From an uncultured Kangiella sp. (lineage in GTDB: Bacteria > Pseudomonadota > Gammaproteobacteria > Enterobacterales > Kangiellaceae): 64,000 nt of DNA. The stretch lies in NCBI GenBank assembly GCA_964476655.1, contig CAYZBK010000001.1, positions 34,054-98,053 on the forward strand, read 5' to 3'. Shown here piece by piece: positions 49,652-59,814 of the stretch (position 1 is its first letter; each line of letters begins with the position of its first letter). A program made the position numbers and the translations under genes. The notes beneath the pieces are model-generated. The model was not told the origin of the DNA and made no database searches. It worked only from the letters and a program-made list of their open reading frames with translations.

Positions 49652-50917
49652 TTATTCTGCGGCTAAACGTTGGTATATCATCATTTCTGCAACGGTATAA
49701 AAAGATCCAATGACAAATATTTGCGGTTCATCAATCTTCCTATATTTTTCTAAAATTAATTGATAAGCTAATTTCACACTACTAGCAGTCTCGCATTGTT
49801 TATGAGGAAAGAGTTTTTGATGCTGATGTTGTAGATCTTTTGATTTTGCTGCACGTGCTACTGGTAAATCAACAAAAATCCAAAGATCAATAACCTCTTC
49901 TAAGTTAGAAATAAATTCATCAATCGCTTTATCTGCCAATAAACCACAAATAGCGATATTTTTATTACTTTGTTGTAATGAGCTAATTTGAATCTTTAAA
50001 TTCACAGCCGCTTGCGCATTGTGAGCAACATCAACAATAATATTTGGCTGTTGAGAAATTTGTTGAAATCGAGCATTGATTTTTATAGCTTTTATGACTT
50101 TTTTTGGATTAATGACATTTAAATACTGAGGATATAATTGTTCAAAAAGCGCAAATGCAAGTTGAATATTTTGAAATAATAACCGTTGAGGATTGATTTG
50201 CGTATCAGACATTAGTGTTTCAAGTTGAGTAAATAATGGTTCTTTCACTTTGCTCTTTATTTGAGATAAATGCTTTTTCAATTCAGGGCGAACTGATTTG
50301 ATTAATTGGTAACTGCTTTCATCTCCAATTAAATTAATACTTTGAACACGATATATCCCTGATTTTTCATAAGCTATTTGTTTTAAATCATCACCTAACC
50401 AAGACTGGTGATCATAATCAATCGTCGTAATAATAGCCGCATCGGGTTCAACAATATTCACTGCATCTAATCGACCACCCAAACCAACTTCTAAAACAAT
50501 CAAATCTAATGATTGCTGTTTAAAAAACCATAAAGCCGATAATGTGGTAAATTCAAAAAAGGTTAATGGTATGGCTTGTTTTGCAACGTTAACCATTTCA
50601 AATGCTTTAACAAGTGCTTGATCTGAAATGTTTCGACCATTAATTCTTATTCTTTCGTTAAACTCTAATAAGTGCGGCGATGTGTAGCAACCAATGTTTA
50701 ATTCAGAATTCAATGCTAATGATTCAAGAGTCGCCACACAACTACCCTTACCATTAGTTCCACCAACAAGAATGACTTTTGCCGATGTTTCTAGCAACTG
50801 CAACGCTATGGCAACTTTGGTAATTCGTTCTAAACCTAACTCAATGTCGTTAGGATGAAATGATTCGATATAAGTTAGCCAATCCTGCAGTGACCTGTCA
50901 TTACATTTAATCGCCAT
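49652..50917 (-). CDS. folC: Bifunctional folylpolyglutamate synthase / dihydrofolate synthase
   Basis: Mur-ligase P-loop VGGTNGKGS. 421 aa. Synteny with dedD-cvpA-purF. Confidence 0.9.
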   Translation of the reverse strand: MAIKCNDRSLQDWLTYIESFHPNDIELGLERITKVAIALQLLETSAKVILVGGTNGKGSCVATLESLALNSELNIGCYTSPHLLEFNERIRINGRNISDQALVKAFEMVNVAKQAIPLTFFEFTTLSALWFFKQQSLDLIVLEVGLGGRLDAVNIVEPDAAIITTIDYDHQSWLGDDLKQIAYEKSGIYRVQSINLIGDESSYQLIKSVRPELKKHLSQIKSKVKEPLFTQLETLMSDTQINPQRLLFQNIQLAFALFEQLYPQYLNVINPKKVIKAIKINARFQQISQQPNIIVDVAHNAQAAVNLKIQISSLQQSNKNIAICGLLADKAIDEFISNLEEVIDLWIFVDLPVARAAKSKDLQHQHQKLFPHKQCETASSVKLAYQLILEKYRKIDEPQIFVIGSFYTVAEMMIYQRLAAE

Positions 50918-50984
50918 GTTTTTGTATTTCGTTATTTACAAACAGTTTTTTCATCAATTCTTCCAAAGATCGACTCGCGTTAAA

Positions 50985-51014
50985 TAAAAAAAGCGCCAAT
51001 TGGCGCTTTTTTTT
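50985..51014. terminator. Bidirectional rho-independent terminator (ends acnB transcription)
   Basis: Perfect palindrome GCGCCAATTGGCGC (50993-51006) flanked by an A-run (50985-50992) and a T-run (51007-51014). It lies 26 nt past the acnB stop. Confidence 0.85.
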
Positions 51015-51039
51015 GTTCAGATCGAGATAGGTTTTCTAA

Positions 51040-53625
51040 TTAACCAACATAAACTTTGTTTTGTACTGGAATAGTCACTAATGAAGCTGATTTCTTAAAA
51101 TCTTCAATTTCATGGAAGTTAAGGTATCGGTAAATTTCTTCACTCATAGTGTCTAAATCAGCGGCATAACTCATATATTGCTCTACAGTCGGTAACTGTC
51201 CAACAATTGCAGCAACAGCGGCTAATTCTGCAGAAGACAAGTAAACATTCGCGCCATCACCTAAGCGATTAGGAAAGTTACGGGTTGAAGTAGAAACCAC
51301 CGTCGAATTGGCAGCAACTCTTGCTTGATTACCCATACATAATGAACAACCAGGCATTTCTGTTCGCGCACCTGCTGAAGCAAAAATATTATAATAACCT
51401 TCTTGCATTAATTGATGTTCATCCATTTTTGTTGGTGGAGCAATCCACAAACGAGTTGGTATAGAACTAGTTTTTTCTAATAATTTTCCAGCCGCTCTGT
51501 AATGCCCAATATTAGTCATACAGCTACCAATAAAGACTTCATCAATTTTAGTTCCTTGTACATCTGACAACAATTTAACGTCATCAGGATCGTTAGGACA
51601 AGCTAAAATAGGTTCTTTAATTTCATTCAAATCGATTTCGATAATAGCGGCATATTCGGCATCTGGATCGGCTGATAATAATTCAGGGTTAGCTAACCAT
51701 TCCTGCATATTTTCTATGCGGCGACTAATTGTTCGAGCATCACCATAACCTTCTTTGATCATCCATTTCAACATAACAATATTAGAGTTTAAATATTCAA
51801 TAATCGGCGCTTTATCTAATTTAATTGAACAACCTGCGGCACTTCTTTCTGCAGCAGAATCAGATAATTCGAATGCCTGCTCCACTTTTAGTTCAGGTAA
51901 ACCTTCAATTTCAAGAATTCGTCCAGAGAAGATATTCTTTTTGCCTTCTTTCTCAACCGTTAATAAACCATCTTGAATTGCCGCATAAGGGATTGCATTA
52001 ACCAAATCACGCAAAGTAATGCCCTTTTGCATATCACCTTTAAATCTCACCAAAACAGATTCAGGCATGTCCAAAGGCATAACCCCTGTGGCTGCGGCAA
52101 AAGCAACTAAACCAGAGCCAGCAGGAAAAGAGATCCCAATAGGAAAACGTGTATGAGAATCACCTCCTGTACCAACAGTATCAGGCAATAACATACGATT
52201 TAACCAACTATGAATGATTCCGTCGCCAGGTCGTAAAGAAACTCCTCCACGAGTCATTATAAAATCAGGCAATGTGTGTTGAGTATCAATATCAATGGGT
52301 TTTGGATAAGCCGCTGTATGACAAAATGATTGCATTGTTAAATCTGCAGAAAAACCTAAACAAGCTAAATCTTTTAATTCATCACGAGTCATTGGCCCCG
52401 TTGTGTCTTGTGAGCCTACTGTAGTCATTTTAGGTTCACAGTACTGCCCCGCTCTAACACCTTCAATACCGCAAGCTTTTCCGACCATTTTTTGTGCAAG
52501 AGTAAAACCTTTGTCCGACGGTTTGACGGGATCTGGTTGGCGGAATAAATCACTTGCATCAAGAGATAAATGTTCTCTAGCTCGTGCAGTTAAACCACGA
52601 CCAATGATTAAAGGGATACGTCCACCGGCTTGAACTTCATCTAAAATCACATCCGTTTTTAATTCAAATTCAGAAATCAATTCGCCTGCTTTTTCAATTT
52701 TTCCAGCATATGGGTAAAGATCAATTACATCACCCATTTCTAGTTTTGAAACATCTACTTCAACCGGTAACGCGCCGGCATCTTCCATGGTATTAAAAAA
52801 TATAGGTGCTATTTTACTGCCTAAGCAAAAACCACCAGCACGTTTATTTGGAATATGAGGAATATCATCACCCATTAACCACAATACGGAATTCGTTGCA
52901 GATTTACGTGAAGAACCCGTTCCAACAACATCACCAACATAAACAACTGGATGGCCTTTTTCTTTTAATTGCTCTATAACTTCTAAAGCATTGCCTTCTA
53001 AGCCTTCTCTTTCATTTTTAAGCATGGCTAAAGCATGTAAAGGAATATCAGGTCTTGACCAAGCATCTTGCGCAGGAGATAGATCATCAGTATTTGTTTC
53101 ACCAGGGACCATAAACACAGTTAAAGTAATCTTTTCAGCCAGCGCATCTCGCTTGGTAAACCATTCAGCATCAGCCCAACTTTTTATAACTGAAGCGGCA
53201 ACCTTGTTGCCCGCTTTTTCTTTTTCAACCACATCGTGAAAAGCATCAAACATTAATAAGGTATGCTTCAATTGTTCGCCAGCTAACTCGGCCAAGTCAG
53301 AATCATCAAGTAATGAAACTAAAGTTTCAATATTGTAACCACCTAGCATTGTACCTAATAGTTCTACAGCGCGAAATTTATCAATAATTGGTGAATTCGC
53401 TTCACCCTTTACCAAAGCAGATAAGAAACCCGCTTTTACATATGCCGCTTGATCTACGCCTGCAGGAACTCTGTTAGTAATTAAATCGAGAATAAAATCC
53501 TCTTCACCTGCTGGTGGGTTCTTAAGTAACTCAACCAGCTCTGTCATTTGTTCTGGAGAAATTGGTTGAGGGACAATGCCTTGTTTGGCTCTTTCTTCAA
53601 CATGAATTCGGTAATCTTGTAACAC
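51040..53625 (-). CDS. acnB: Aconitate hydratase 2 / 2-methylisocitrate dehydratase
   Basis: Colinear with E. coli AcnB from the first residues (LQDYRIHVEERAKQGIVPQP vs LEEYRKHVAERAAEGIAPKP; LLKNPPAGEE identical). The preferred start is GTG 53625, with GAGGA 8 nt upstream. The track start (GTG 53640) adds 5 unaligned residues. Confidence 0.93.
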   Translation of the reverse strand: MLQDYRIHVEERAKQGIVPQPISPEQMTELVELLKNPPAGEEDFILDLITNRVPAGVDQAAYVKAGFLSALVKGEANSPIIDKFRAVELLGTMLGGYNIETLVSLLDDSDLAELAGEQLKHTLLMFDAFHDVVEKEKAGNKVAASVIKSWADAEWFTKRDALAEKITLTVFMVPGETNTDDLSPAQDAWSRPDIPLHALAMLKNEREGLEGNALEVIEQLKEKGHPVVYVGDVVGTGSSRKSATNSVLWLMGDDIPHIPNKRAGGFCLGSKIAPIFFNTMEDAGALPVEVDVSKLEMGDVIDLYPYAGKIEKAGELISEFELKTDVILDEVQAGGRIPLIIGRGLTARAREHLSLDASDLFRQPDPVKPSDKGFTLAQKMVGKACGIEGVRAGQYCEPKMTTVGSQDTTGPMTRDELKDLACLGFSADLTMQSFCHTAAYPKPIDIDTQHTLPDFIMTRGGVSLRPGDGIIHSWLNRMLLPDTVGTGGDSHTRFPIGISFPAGSGLVAFAAATGVMPLDMPESVLVRFKGDMQKGITLRDLVNAIPYAAIQDGLLTVEKEGKKNIFSGRILEIEGLPELKVEQAFELSDSAAERSAAGCSIKLDKAPIIEYLNSNIVMLKWMIKEGYGDARTISRRIENMQEWLANPELLSADPDAEYAAIIEIDLNEIKEPILACPNDPDDVKLLSDVQGTKIDEVFIGSCMTNIGHYRAAGKLLEKTSSIPTRLWIAPPTKMDEHQLMQEGYYNIFASAGARTEMPGCSLCMGNQARVAANSTVVSTSTRNFPNRLGDGANVYLSSAELAAVAAIVGQLPTVEQYMSYAADLDTMSEEIYRYLNFHEIEDFKKSASLVTIPVQNKVYVG

Positions 53626-53952
53626 GATAGAGATCCTCACTGTGATTAGTTCTTTGCAAATTGTTTACTTTATGTTCTAAGAGAACAGCCTCTAAACTTT
53701 GCTATTGAGACTTTTAAATAGAATAGTTGAGATGGGACGAATTATACAGTTAATTAGGCTATTAATAAAAGATACTTAGCTTAAAATATCTAAAATGTGA
53801 ACAACTTATATCTATTAATAGTCAATGTATCATTTAGCACTTTTAGCTAAAAAGCTTGTTCAATACTTAGTATTTAGGACAAGGCAATAAGCCTTGCTAC
53901 TTATCAACTATTTAATATTATTTACTCCAAAAAAAGCAAAACAACTGTCTCT

Positions 53953-54525
53953 TTAGTTTAATTCTGAATCCTTCCAATACTTTGTCCCTTTTAAGGTCGC
54001 TTGTAAAGATAACCCACTTTGAGTAAGTTGATAAACCGTTGCATCATTTATAATTGCCTCTGCACCTAATGCTCCACCTTTATCACTAGCTTTTGCAGCC
54101 GCATCGGCTTGTCCACCAAAAGACCACCCTTTATCTATAAAATTATTAAGTGCCGATGCAGTGTGAAAGATCATGACAATTCTAAAATCTTTTACTCCTG
54201 CTCCAAGACCAATGCCAACTTCACCCATTTTCATATAAGTATACTTGCCTGTTGATTTTTTTTTGGTTAGCCCATAACCACCACCAAAACTGGCAAAAAT
54301 AATATTCACATTAACGTTACTAAAGACAGCATATCCTGGCGCTTTATTAATTTGAGAGCGAACATCCGGTTTTAATTTAAATAATTCAGTGAGTACCTCA
54401 TCTTTCATTGTTAAGATCGATTGCTTTTTTTGTGCCGGTGTATCACCTGACATTGTTGCGCAACCAGAGGTTAAAAGTGTGGCGATAATTGCCACTAATA
54501 ACAATATCGAATTTATATTTTTCAT
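53953..54525 (-). CDS. Lipoprotein with SYLF (Ysc84-like, DUF500) domain
   Basis: Lipobox LTSGCAT. Gly-rich blocks (FGGGYGLTKK, GIGLGAGVKDF, FGGQADAAA) are typical of SYLF-domain proteins. 190 aa. Confidence 0.6.
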   Translation of the reverse strand: MKNINSILLLVAIIATLLTSGCATMSGDTPAQKKQSILTMKDEVLTELFKLKPDVRSQINKAPGYAVFSNVNVNIIFASFGGGYGLTKKKSTGKYTYMKMGEVGIGLGAGVKDFRIVMIFHTASALNNFIDKGWSFGGQADAAAKASDKGGALGAEAIINDATVYQLTQSGLSLQATLKGTKYWKDSELN

Positions 54526-54662
54526 GATATTTTCTCTTATGAATAACTAATAAAGGTAAAACATTATTTAATACTAACATGTTTGTTTTTAGTAAAAGTG
54601 ACCCGTTTATACTTTTCAACTAAAACTATTGCAAATCTTACTGAGGCATTATATGTAGTGTT

Positions 54663-55217
54663 TTATTTTTTTAATAAAAGTAAATCTTCATCATCCAACA
54701 ATCTGTTAACACAGTTTTTTAGAGGCTCATTTTTGGAATTAAAAAAGAAATTATAAATGTCTGTATCGTACTGATGCCCAACTTCTATTCGGCCAACAAT
54801 ATTAATATTATAACCTTCAGAAATAAGCTGATACATCTCATTTGATTGCTCAGCATCAAAAATAAACGCCGTACCTAATAATTGAAATTCAGCTTCAAGA
54901 TGCGATGCCGCGAATTTAGGAATAAATATTTTATCGGCAATTATAACTTTTTGAACACTGCCAACTTCAAGAATAATATGTGAAGGTCCAGTGATTATTA
55001 TTTTATAACTTGGGTCATCATCAAGATATTGTAAGCTAGAAATCATCCTAAAATAACCAATATACTGCCTACCAATAATACCACCAGCAAATGGAAAACT
55101 CATCGAACAGTGTTCATCTGATTGGTCAAAATAATAATCAGGAAAATCACCACAACTTGAAATAATTAAACTTAATATAATAATATTAAGTTTTTTTATG
55201 GTTTCAATCATCTTCAT
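54663..55217 (-). CDS. Hypothetical lipoprotein-like protein
   Basis: 184 aa with hydrophobic leader NIIILSLIISSCGD (possible lipobox). Its ATG overlaps the rluB stop (ATGA). No recognisable motif. Confidence 0.5.
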   Translation of the reverse strand: MKMIETIKKLNIIILSLIISSCGDFPDYYFDQSDEHCSMSFPFAGGIIGRQYIGYFRMISSLQYLDDDPSYKIIITGPSHIILEVGSVQKVIIADKIFIPKFAASHLEAEFQLLGTAFIFDAEQSNEMYQLISEGYNINIVGRIEVGHQYDTDIYNFFFNSKNEPLKNCVNRLLDDEDLLLLKK

Positions 55218-56056
55218 TTTTTAAAAACTTTTCTAGCTTTAAGTCGTTTGTTTTGGCGTTGTTTTCTTTGATCTTGCCTGATGATTTTATTACCTCTAGC
55301 ACTTTTTAGTCCTGCTATTTTTTCAAATTCAGCAAGTTCACTAGGTGTTAATTCTCTCCATCGACCTCGTTTTAACGCTCTTGGCAATTCAAACGGACCA
55401 TACTGAATACGGTGTAAGCGAGATACTTGAATGTCAAAGGCTTCCCACAAACGTCTTACTTCACGATTTCTGCCTTCTTTTAAAGTGACATGATACCAAT
55501 GATTACTGCGATCTCCTCCAGCTTCTTCAATGCTTTCAAAATGAGCCTCACCATCGTCAAGTTCAACGCCTTGTTGTAATTGTTTGAGCATATCGTCGGT
55601 CACTTGACCTCTTACTCTAACAGCATATTTACGAATGACTTCGAGTGAGGGATGCATTAATTGATTTGCAAGGTGGCCATCATTAGTAAAAAAGATTAAA
55701 CCGCTGGTATTAAAATCTAAACGGCCAACACTTAACCATCTTGAGTTTCGTATTTTAGGTAAGGTATCAAAAATAGTCGGACGACCTTCAGGATCTTTTT
55801 TAGTTGAAATTTCACCTTCAGGTTTATGATAGACAATCATTTTTCTTTGAAAGTCTTCTGGTTTAGTCAACTTTAAGGCTTTTCCATCAACGCGAATGGT
55901 ATCGTTGAGTGTTGCACGGTCGCCCAAAACGGCAATTTTCCCGTTAACGCTCACCCTATCTGCTTCAATCCATTTTTCAGACTCACGACGCGAGGCAACA
56001 CCCGCATTCGCCATGATTTTTTGTATTTTTTCACTAAGTAATTTTTCGTTTGACAT
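55214..56056 (-). CDS. rluB: 23S rRNA pseudouridine synthase RluB
   Basis: S4 domain (GVASRRESEKWIEADRVSVNGK), catalytic block GRLDFNTSGLIFFTNDG and a basic C-terminal tail. It lies downstream of scpA-scpB. Confidence 0.88.
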   Translation of the reverse strand: MSNEKLLSEKIQKIMANAGVASRRESEKWIEADRVSVNGKIAVLGDRATLNDTIRVDGKALKLTKPEDFQRKMIVYHKPEGEISTKKDPEGRPTIFDTLPKIRNSRWLSVGRLDFNTSGLIFFTNDGHLANQLMHPSLEVIRKYAVRVRGQVTDDMLKQLQQGVELDDGEAHFESIEEAGGDRSNHWYHVTLKEGRNREVRRLWEAFDIQVSRLHRIQYGPFELPRALKRGRWRELTPSELAEFEKIAGLKSARGNKIIRQDQRKQRQNKRLKARKVFKK

Positions 56057-56152
56057 GTAATAGCTCTTTGCTTTGTTTATTTAACTCAATATGGTTTCGA
56101 TATTTCAGTTCTTTAAACTGTTGATACTAGTTCAGGTGCGCCTGATCTACTG

Positions 56153-56947
56153 TCATTTGTTTGTTGTTAATTGCTCTTCGGTTAAAGTCTCGTGCGTTAC
56201 ATCGACTTGTTCAGCATTATCTGTTTCCAACTCTGGGTCGGAATAAAACCCCTCATCATTTTTATCGTCTATTGATTCTTCTTCTGTCGCTTGCTCTAAG
56301 CTATCCTCTACAATATCTTCTGAAGCATCTTGCTCAACAATCTTACTGTTTACCCTGCTAACTTCATCATCAGGATTAGGTAAATCGAGTTCAGGATTTA
56401 AATCATCTAAATCTTTTATTTCTGCAAGTGTTGGTAGTTCTTGTAAGCTAGTCATATCAAAATAATCTAAAAATTGTTTTGTTGTTGCATACAAAGCCGG
56501 ACGACCCGGAACATCTCGATGACCCACGACTCTAATCCATTCTCTTTCAATTAACGTTTTAATAATACTACTACTAACACCAACCCCTCTAACGTCTTCA
56601 ATTTCTGAACGAGTCGTTGGTTGACGATAGGCGATCAAAGCTAATGTTTCTAGTGCGGCTCTTGAATATTTGGCAGGTTTTTCTTCCCACAGACGGCTTA
56701 ACCACTCTGAATAATCTTGCCTTGCTTGATAACGAAAACCACTAGCCACTTTTTTTAATTCAACACCTCGACCTTGTGAATCCTGTTGAAGTTGTTGAAT
56801 AACTTCTTTAATATCACTTGAAGATGGTCTTTCATCATCAGTAAATAATTTTAATAATTGATCAACCGACATTGGTTTTGCTACCGCAAGAATAGCTGCT
56901 TCAACAATGTTTTTTAATTTATCTTTTGAGATACTCATTTCATTCAA
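56153..56947 (-). CDS. scpB: Segregation and condensation protein B
   Basis: ScpB winged-helix blocks (AALETLALIAYRQPTTRSEIEDVRGV, GRPALYATTKQFLDYF) and an acidic C-terminal tail. The tracked start is TTG 56947. An alternative ATG lies at 56938. Confidence 0.88.
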   Translation of the reverse strand: MNEMSISKDKLKNIVEAAILAVAKPMSVDQLLKLFTDDERPSSSDIKEVIQQLQQDSQGRGVELKKVASGFRYQARQDYSEWLSRLWEEKPAKYSRAALETLALIAYRQPTTRSEIEDVRGVGVSSSIIKTLIEREWIRVVGHRDVPGRPALYATTKQFLDYFDMTSLQELPTLAEIKDLDDLNPELDLPNPDDEVSRVNSKIVEQDASEDIVEDSLEQATEEESIDDKNDEGFYSDPELETDNAEQVDVTHETLTEEQLTTNK

Positions 56948-57010
56948 TTCCTAACTTTTTTCTTTTCATATGCGAGACCAACATATTAAGATGCTTACGC
57001 AATACTCAAA

Positions 57011-57895
57011 TCAATTAATTCTGGTTCTAAGGTGAATAGGAGAAAAAGGTTTAGCTTGCACTAGCTCGACTAATGATTCTTTTGTCAGTTCCATAATCGC
57101 TAAAAACGTAACCACAATGCCTGCTTTACCTTCTTCAACATTAAATAAGGAGACAAAATCAGTAAAGTTTTCTGCCGATAATATCGCTAAAATCGACGAC
57201 ATTTTTTCTCTTGTGGATAATGTTTCACGCTGAATTTGATGAGAGGTAAACATTTCCGCACGAGTTAATACATCTTTTAATGCAAGTAATATTTCACGCA
57301 TATCCACCGTTGGCAAAGGTTTGTTAATGTGTAACTCAGGTGTTTCAGCTTCTGCCTGAAATATATCGCGACCCATTCGAGGTAATTCATCAACATCCAT
57401 TGCCGCCTTTTTAAAGCGCTCATATTCCTGCAATCTTCGAATAAGATCCGCTCTAGGATCCGCATCTTCATCAACTGATTTAGGACGAGGTAACAGTACT
57501 CGACTTTTAATTTCAGCTAACATCGCCGCCATAACTAAATATTCTGCCGCAAGCTCAAGGTTTATCGATTTCATTAAATCGACATATTCCATATATTGTT
57601 CAGTAATATGCGCAATTGGAATATTTAAAATGTCCAAATTTTGCCGTTTAATTAAATACAATAATAAATCAAGAGGTCCTTCAAAAGCTTCCAAAAAAAC
57701 TTCTAATGCATCAGGCGGTATGTACAAATCTTTTGGTACTTCATTGACCATTTCGCCATCAACCATTGCAAAAGTCATTTCTTCTTGAGATTGAGATGGC
57801 ACGGATGAACCTATAACAGAATCAGCGGTCTGTTTTACTTCATCTAAATCTTCTGATTGATTACCTTCTGATAATTCTTGATGGTTTGATTTCAT
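57011..57895 (-). CDS. scpA: Segregation and condensation protein A (kleisin)
   Basis: FEGPLDLLLYLIKRQNLDI and EYLVMAA.L.EIKSR blocks. 294 aa. It lies upstream of scpB. Confidence 0.9.
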   Translation of the reverse strand: MKSNHQELSEGNQSEDLDEVKQTADSVIGSSVPSQSQEEMTFAMVDGEMVNEVPKDLYIPPDALEVFLEAFEGPLDLLLYLIKRQNLDILNIPIAHITEQYMEYVDLMKSINLELAAEYLVMAAMLAEIKSRVLLPRPKSVDEDADPRADLIRRLQEYERFKKAAMDVDELPRMGRDIFQAEAETPELHINKPLPTVDMREILLALKDVLTRAEMFTSHQIQRETLSTREKMSSILAILSAENFTDFVSLFNVEEGKAGIVVTFLAIMELTKESLVELVQAKPFSPIHLRTRIN

Positions 57896-57913
57896 AGTTT
57901 TTAATGCCTTAGC

Positions 57914-59131
57914 TTAACGGTAAGACAACCCCATAACATCGCGAACAGTTTGCATTGTTTCTTGCGCAATATCGCGAGCTTTCTCTGAACCTTCTGCAAT
58001 AATATTTCTCACAAGCTCAGGGTTTTCTTCAAACTCTTTTGCTCGCTCTCTAAACTCTGTTGTTTCTTGTTTAACACAGTCAATTAACGGTTGTTTACAT
58101 TCTAAACAACCAATTCCCGCCGTTGTACAACCTTGTTTAACCCAAGATTTAACATCATCAGTCGAGTAAACTTCATGTAATTGCCAAACAGGGCAGTTAT
58201 CAGGATTACCAACATCCGTTAAACGGACTCTTGCAGGATCTGTTTGCATACGTTTTATTTTTGTTTCAACGTTTTCTTCTGTTTCACGCATTTCAATAAT
58301 ATTATTATATGACTTAGACATTTTTTGTCCGTCAAGACCGGGCATTTTTGACACCGGCGTTAACAATGCTTGTGGCTCAGGTAAAATTATTTTTCCACCT
58401 CCATCTAAATAACCGACCAACCTTTCTTTATCTCCTAGAGAAATACTTGCGTGTCCTTCTACCATCGCTCTTGCTTTATCAAGTGATTCTTCATTGCCTT
58501 CTTGCACAAAATCTCTACGTAATAATTCATAAAGTTTTGCGTTCTTTTTGCCTAATTTTTTTACTGCAATTTTTGCTTTTTCTTCAAAACCTGGCTCTCT
58601 GCCATAATAGTGATTAAATCGACGAGCGATCTCTCGTGACATTTCCACGTGGGGAACTTGATCAAGACCAACAGGAACAGCCCCTGCCTTATAAACTAAA
58701 ATGTCTGCCGTTTGTAATAAGGGATAACCTAAAAATCCATAAGTACTCAAATCTTTATCATTTAGTTTTTCTTGTTGTTCTTTGTAAGTTGGTGTTCGTT
58801 CTAACCAACTTAAAGGTGTCAGCATTGATAATAATAGGTGCAATTCTGCATGCTCAGGCACTTTGGATTGAATAAACATTGTCGCCGATCCCGGATTGAT
58901 ACCGGCAGCTAACCAATCTATCACCATATCCCAAACAGAACGTTCAATAATACTAGGATCATCATAATGAGTCGTTAGTACATGCCAATCTGCAACAAAA
59001 AAGAAACATTCGTGTTCATGTTGCAGTTTTGCCCAATTTTTTAGAACACCATGGTAATGTCCCAAATGTAAACGACCCGATGGTCGCATTCCTGACAAAA
59101 CTCTTTGATTTTGTAGGCCTAAATTACTCAA
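57914..59131 (-). CDS. trpS: Tryptophanyl-tRNA synthetase, long form with Cys4 motif
   Basis: PSGRLHLGHYHG (HIGH region) and KMSKS at aa 270-274. TTG start, with AAGGA 7 nt upstream. 405 aa versus about 334 in E. coli. See finding. Confidence 0.9.
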   Translation of the reverse strand: MSNLGLQNQRVLSGMRPSGRLHLGHYHGVLKNWAKLQHEHECFFFVADWHVLTTHYDDPSIIERSVWDMVIDWLAAGINPGSATMFIQSKVPEHAELHLLLSMLTPLSWLERTPTYKEQQEKLNDKDLSTYGFLGYPLLQTADILVYKAGAVPVGLDQVPHVEMSREIARRFNHYYGREPGFEEKAKIAVKKLGKKNAKLYELLRRDFVQEGNEESLDKARAMVEGHASISLGDKERLVGYLDGGGKIILPEPQALLTPVSKMPGLDGQKMSKSYNNIIEMRETEENVETKIKRMQTDPARVRLTDVGNPDNCPVWQLHEVYSTDDVKSWVKQGCTTAGIGCLECKQPLIDCVKQETTEFRERAKEFEENPELVRNIIAEGSEKARDIAQETMQTVRDVMGLSYR

Positions 59132-59264
59132 ATTATATTCCTTAGCACTTTCTTTATTTTAGAACCATGCATTATAAAGCTTGATTAGAATAGATAATAC
59201 TAATTATCGAGTTTATTTGATAGACTGCCGTTCTTTCTTAATATGGTTTTAAAGTGAGCAACCT

Positions 59265-59783
59265 GTGACTACGCTAAATTCACACTCTAACAAAACTAAT
59301 AGCTCTCCTATTCAAGTTATTCCTGCCTCATTTGGCAAACGATTATTTGCTTGGACTTATGATCTGTTAGGGGCTCTAGCAATCTTTATTTTGGCTCTTT
59401 TAATTGGCGTATTGATACTCTATTTAGCTACTTTTTTATGGATTAACGATTTTAATCAAGTTGTTAATCAAGCCAGTAATAGTATTTTTTGGGGACTTTA
59501 TTTATTTTTGGCCGTGCAATATTATTATGTGTGGTGTTGGGTGAAAGGTGGACAAACTGTAGGAATGAAGACTTGGAAACTTCAACTTTACAAAAGCGAT
59601 GGTTCATTACTCAACTGGAAGGAAGCTTATATTCGTTCTTTTTTATCCGCTGGTGGTCTGGCCAATTTATGGAGTTTAATAGACAAGCAAAATAGAGGAT
59701 GGCATGACTTACCATTTAACTCGATTGTCGTGAGCTTACCAAAAGATTATTATAAAAATAAACATCAAAAGCCTCTAATTTAA
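59265..59783 (+). CDS. RDD-family membrane protein
   Basis: 172 aa with 3 hydrophobic helices. The conserved pattern FGKRLFAWTYD...GQTVGMK...D fits the RDD domain. GTG start. Confidence 0.6.
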   Translation: MTTLNSHSNKTNSSPIQVIPASFGKRLFAWTYDLLGALAIFILALLIGVLILYLATFLWINDFNQVVNQASNSIFWGLYLFLAVQYYYVWCWVKGGQTVGMKTWKLQLYKSDGSLLNWKEAYIRSFLSAGGLANLWSLIDKQNRGWHDLPFNSIVVSLPKDYYKNKHQKPLI

Positions 59784-59814
59784 TTGCGACCCTATCTTAA
59801 GGCAATACAAATAA

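Noticed and set aside
53880-53896. A hairpin, caaggc-aataa-gccttg, in the 312-nt region upstream of acnB and downstream of the SYLF lipoprotein gene.
   Set aside because: It is a 6-bp stem with no U-tract on either strand, so it is not a convincing intrinsic terminator or a known regulatory element.
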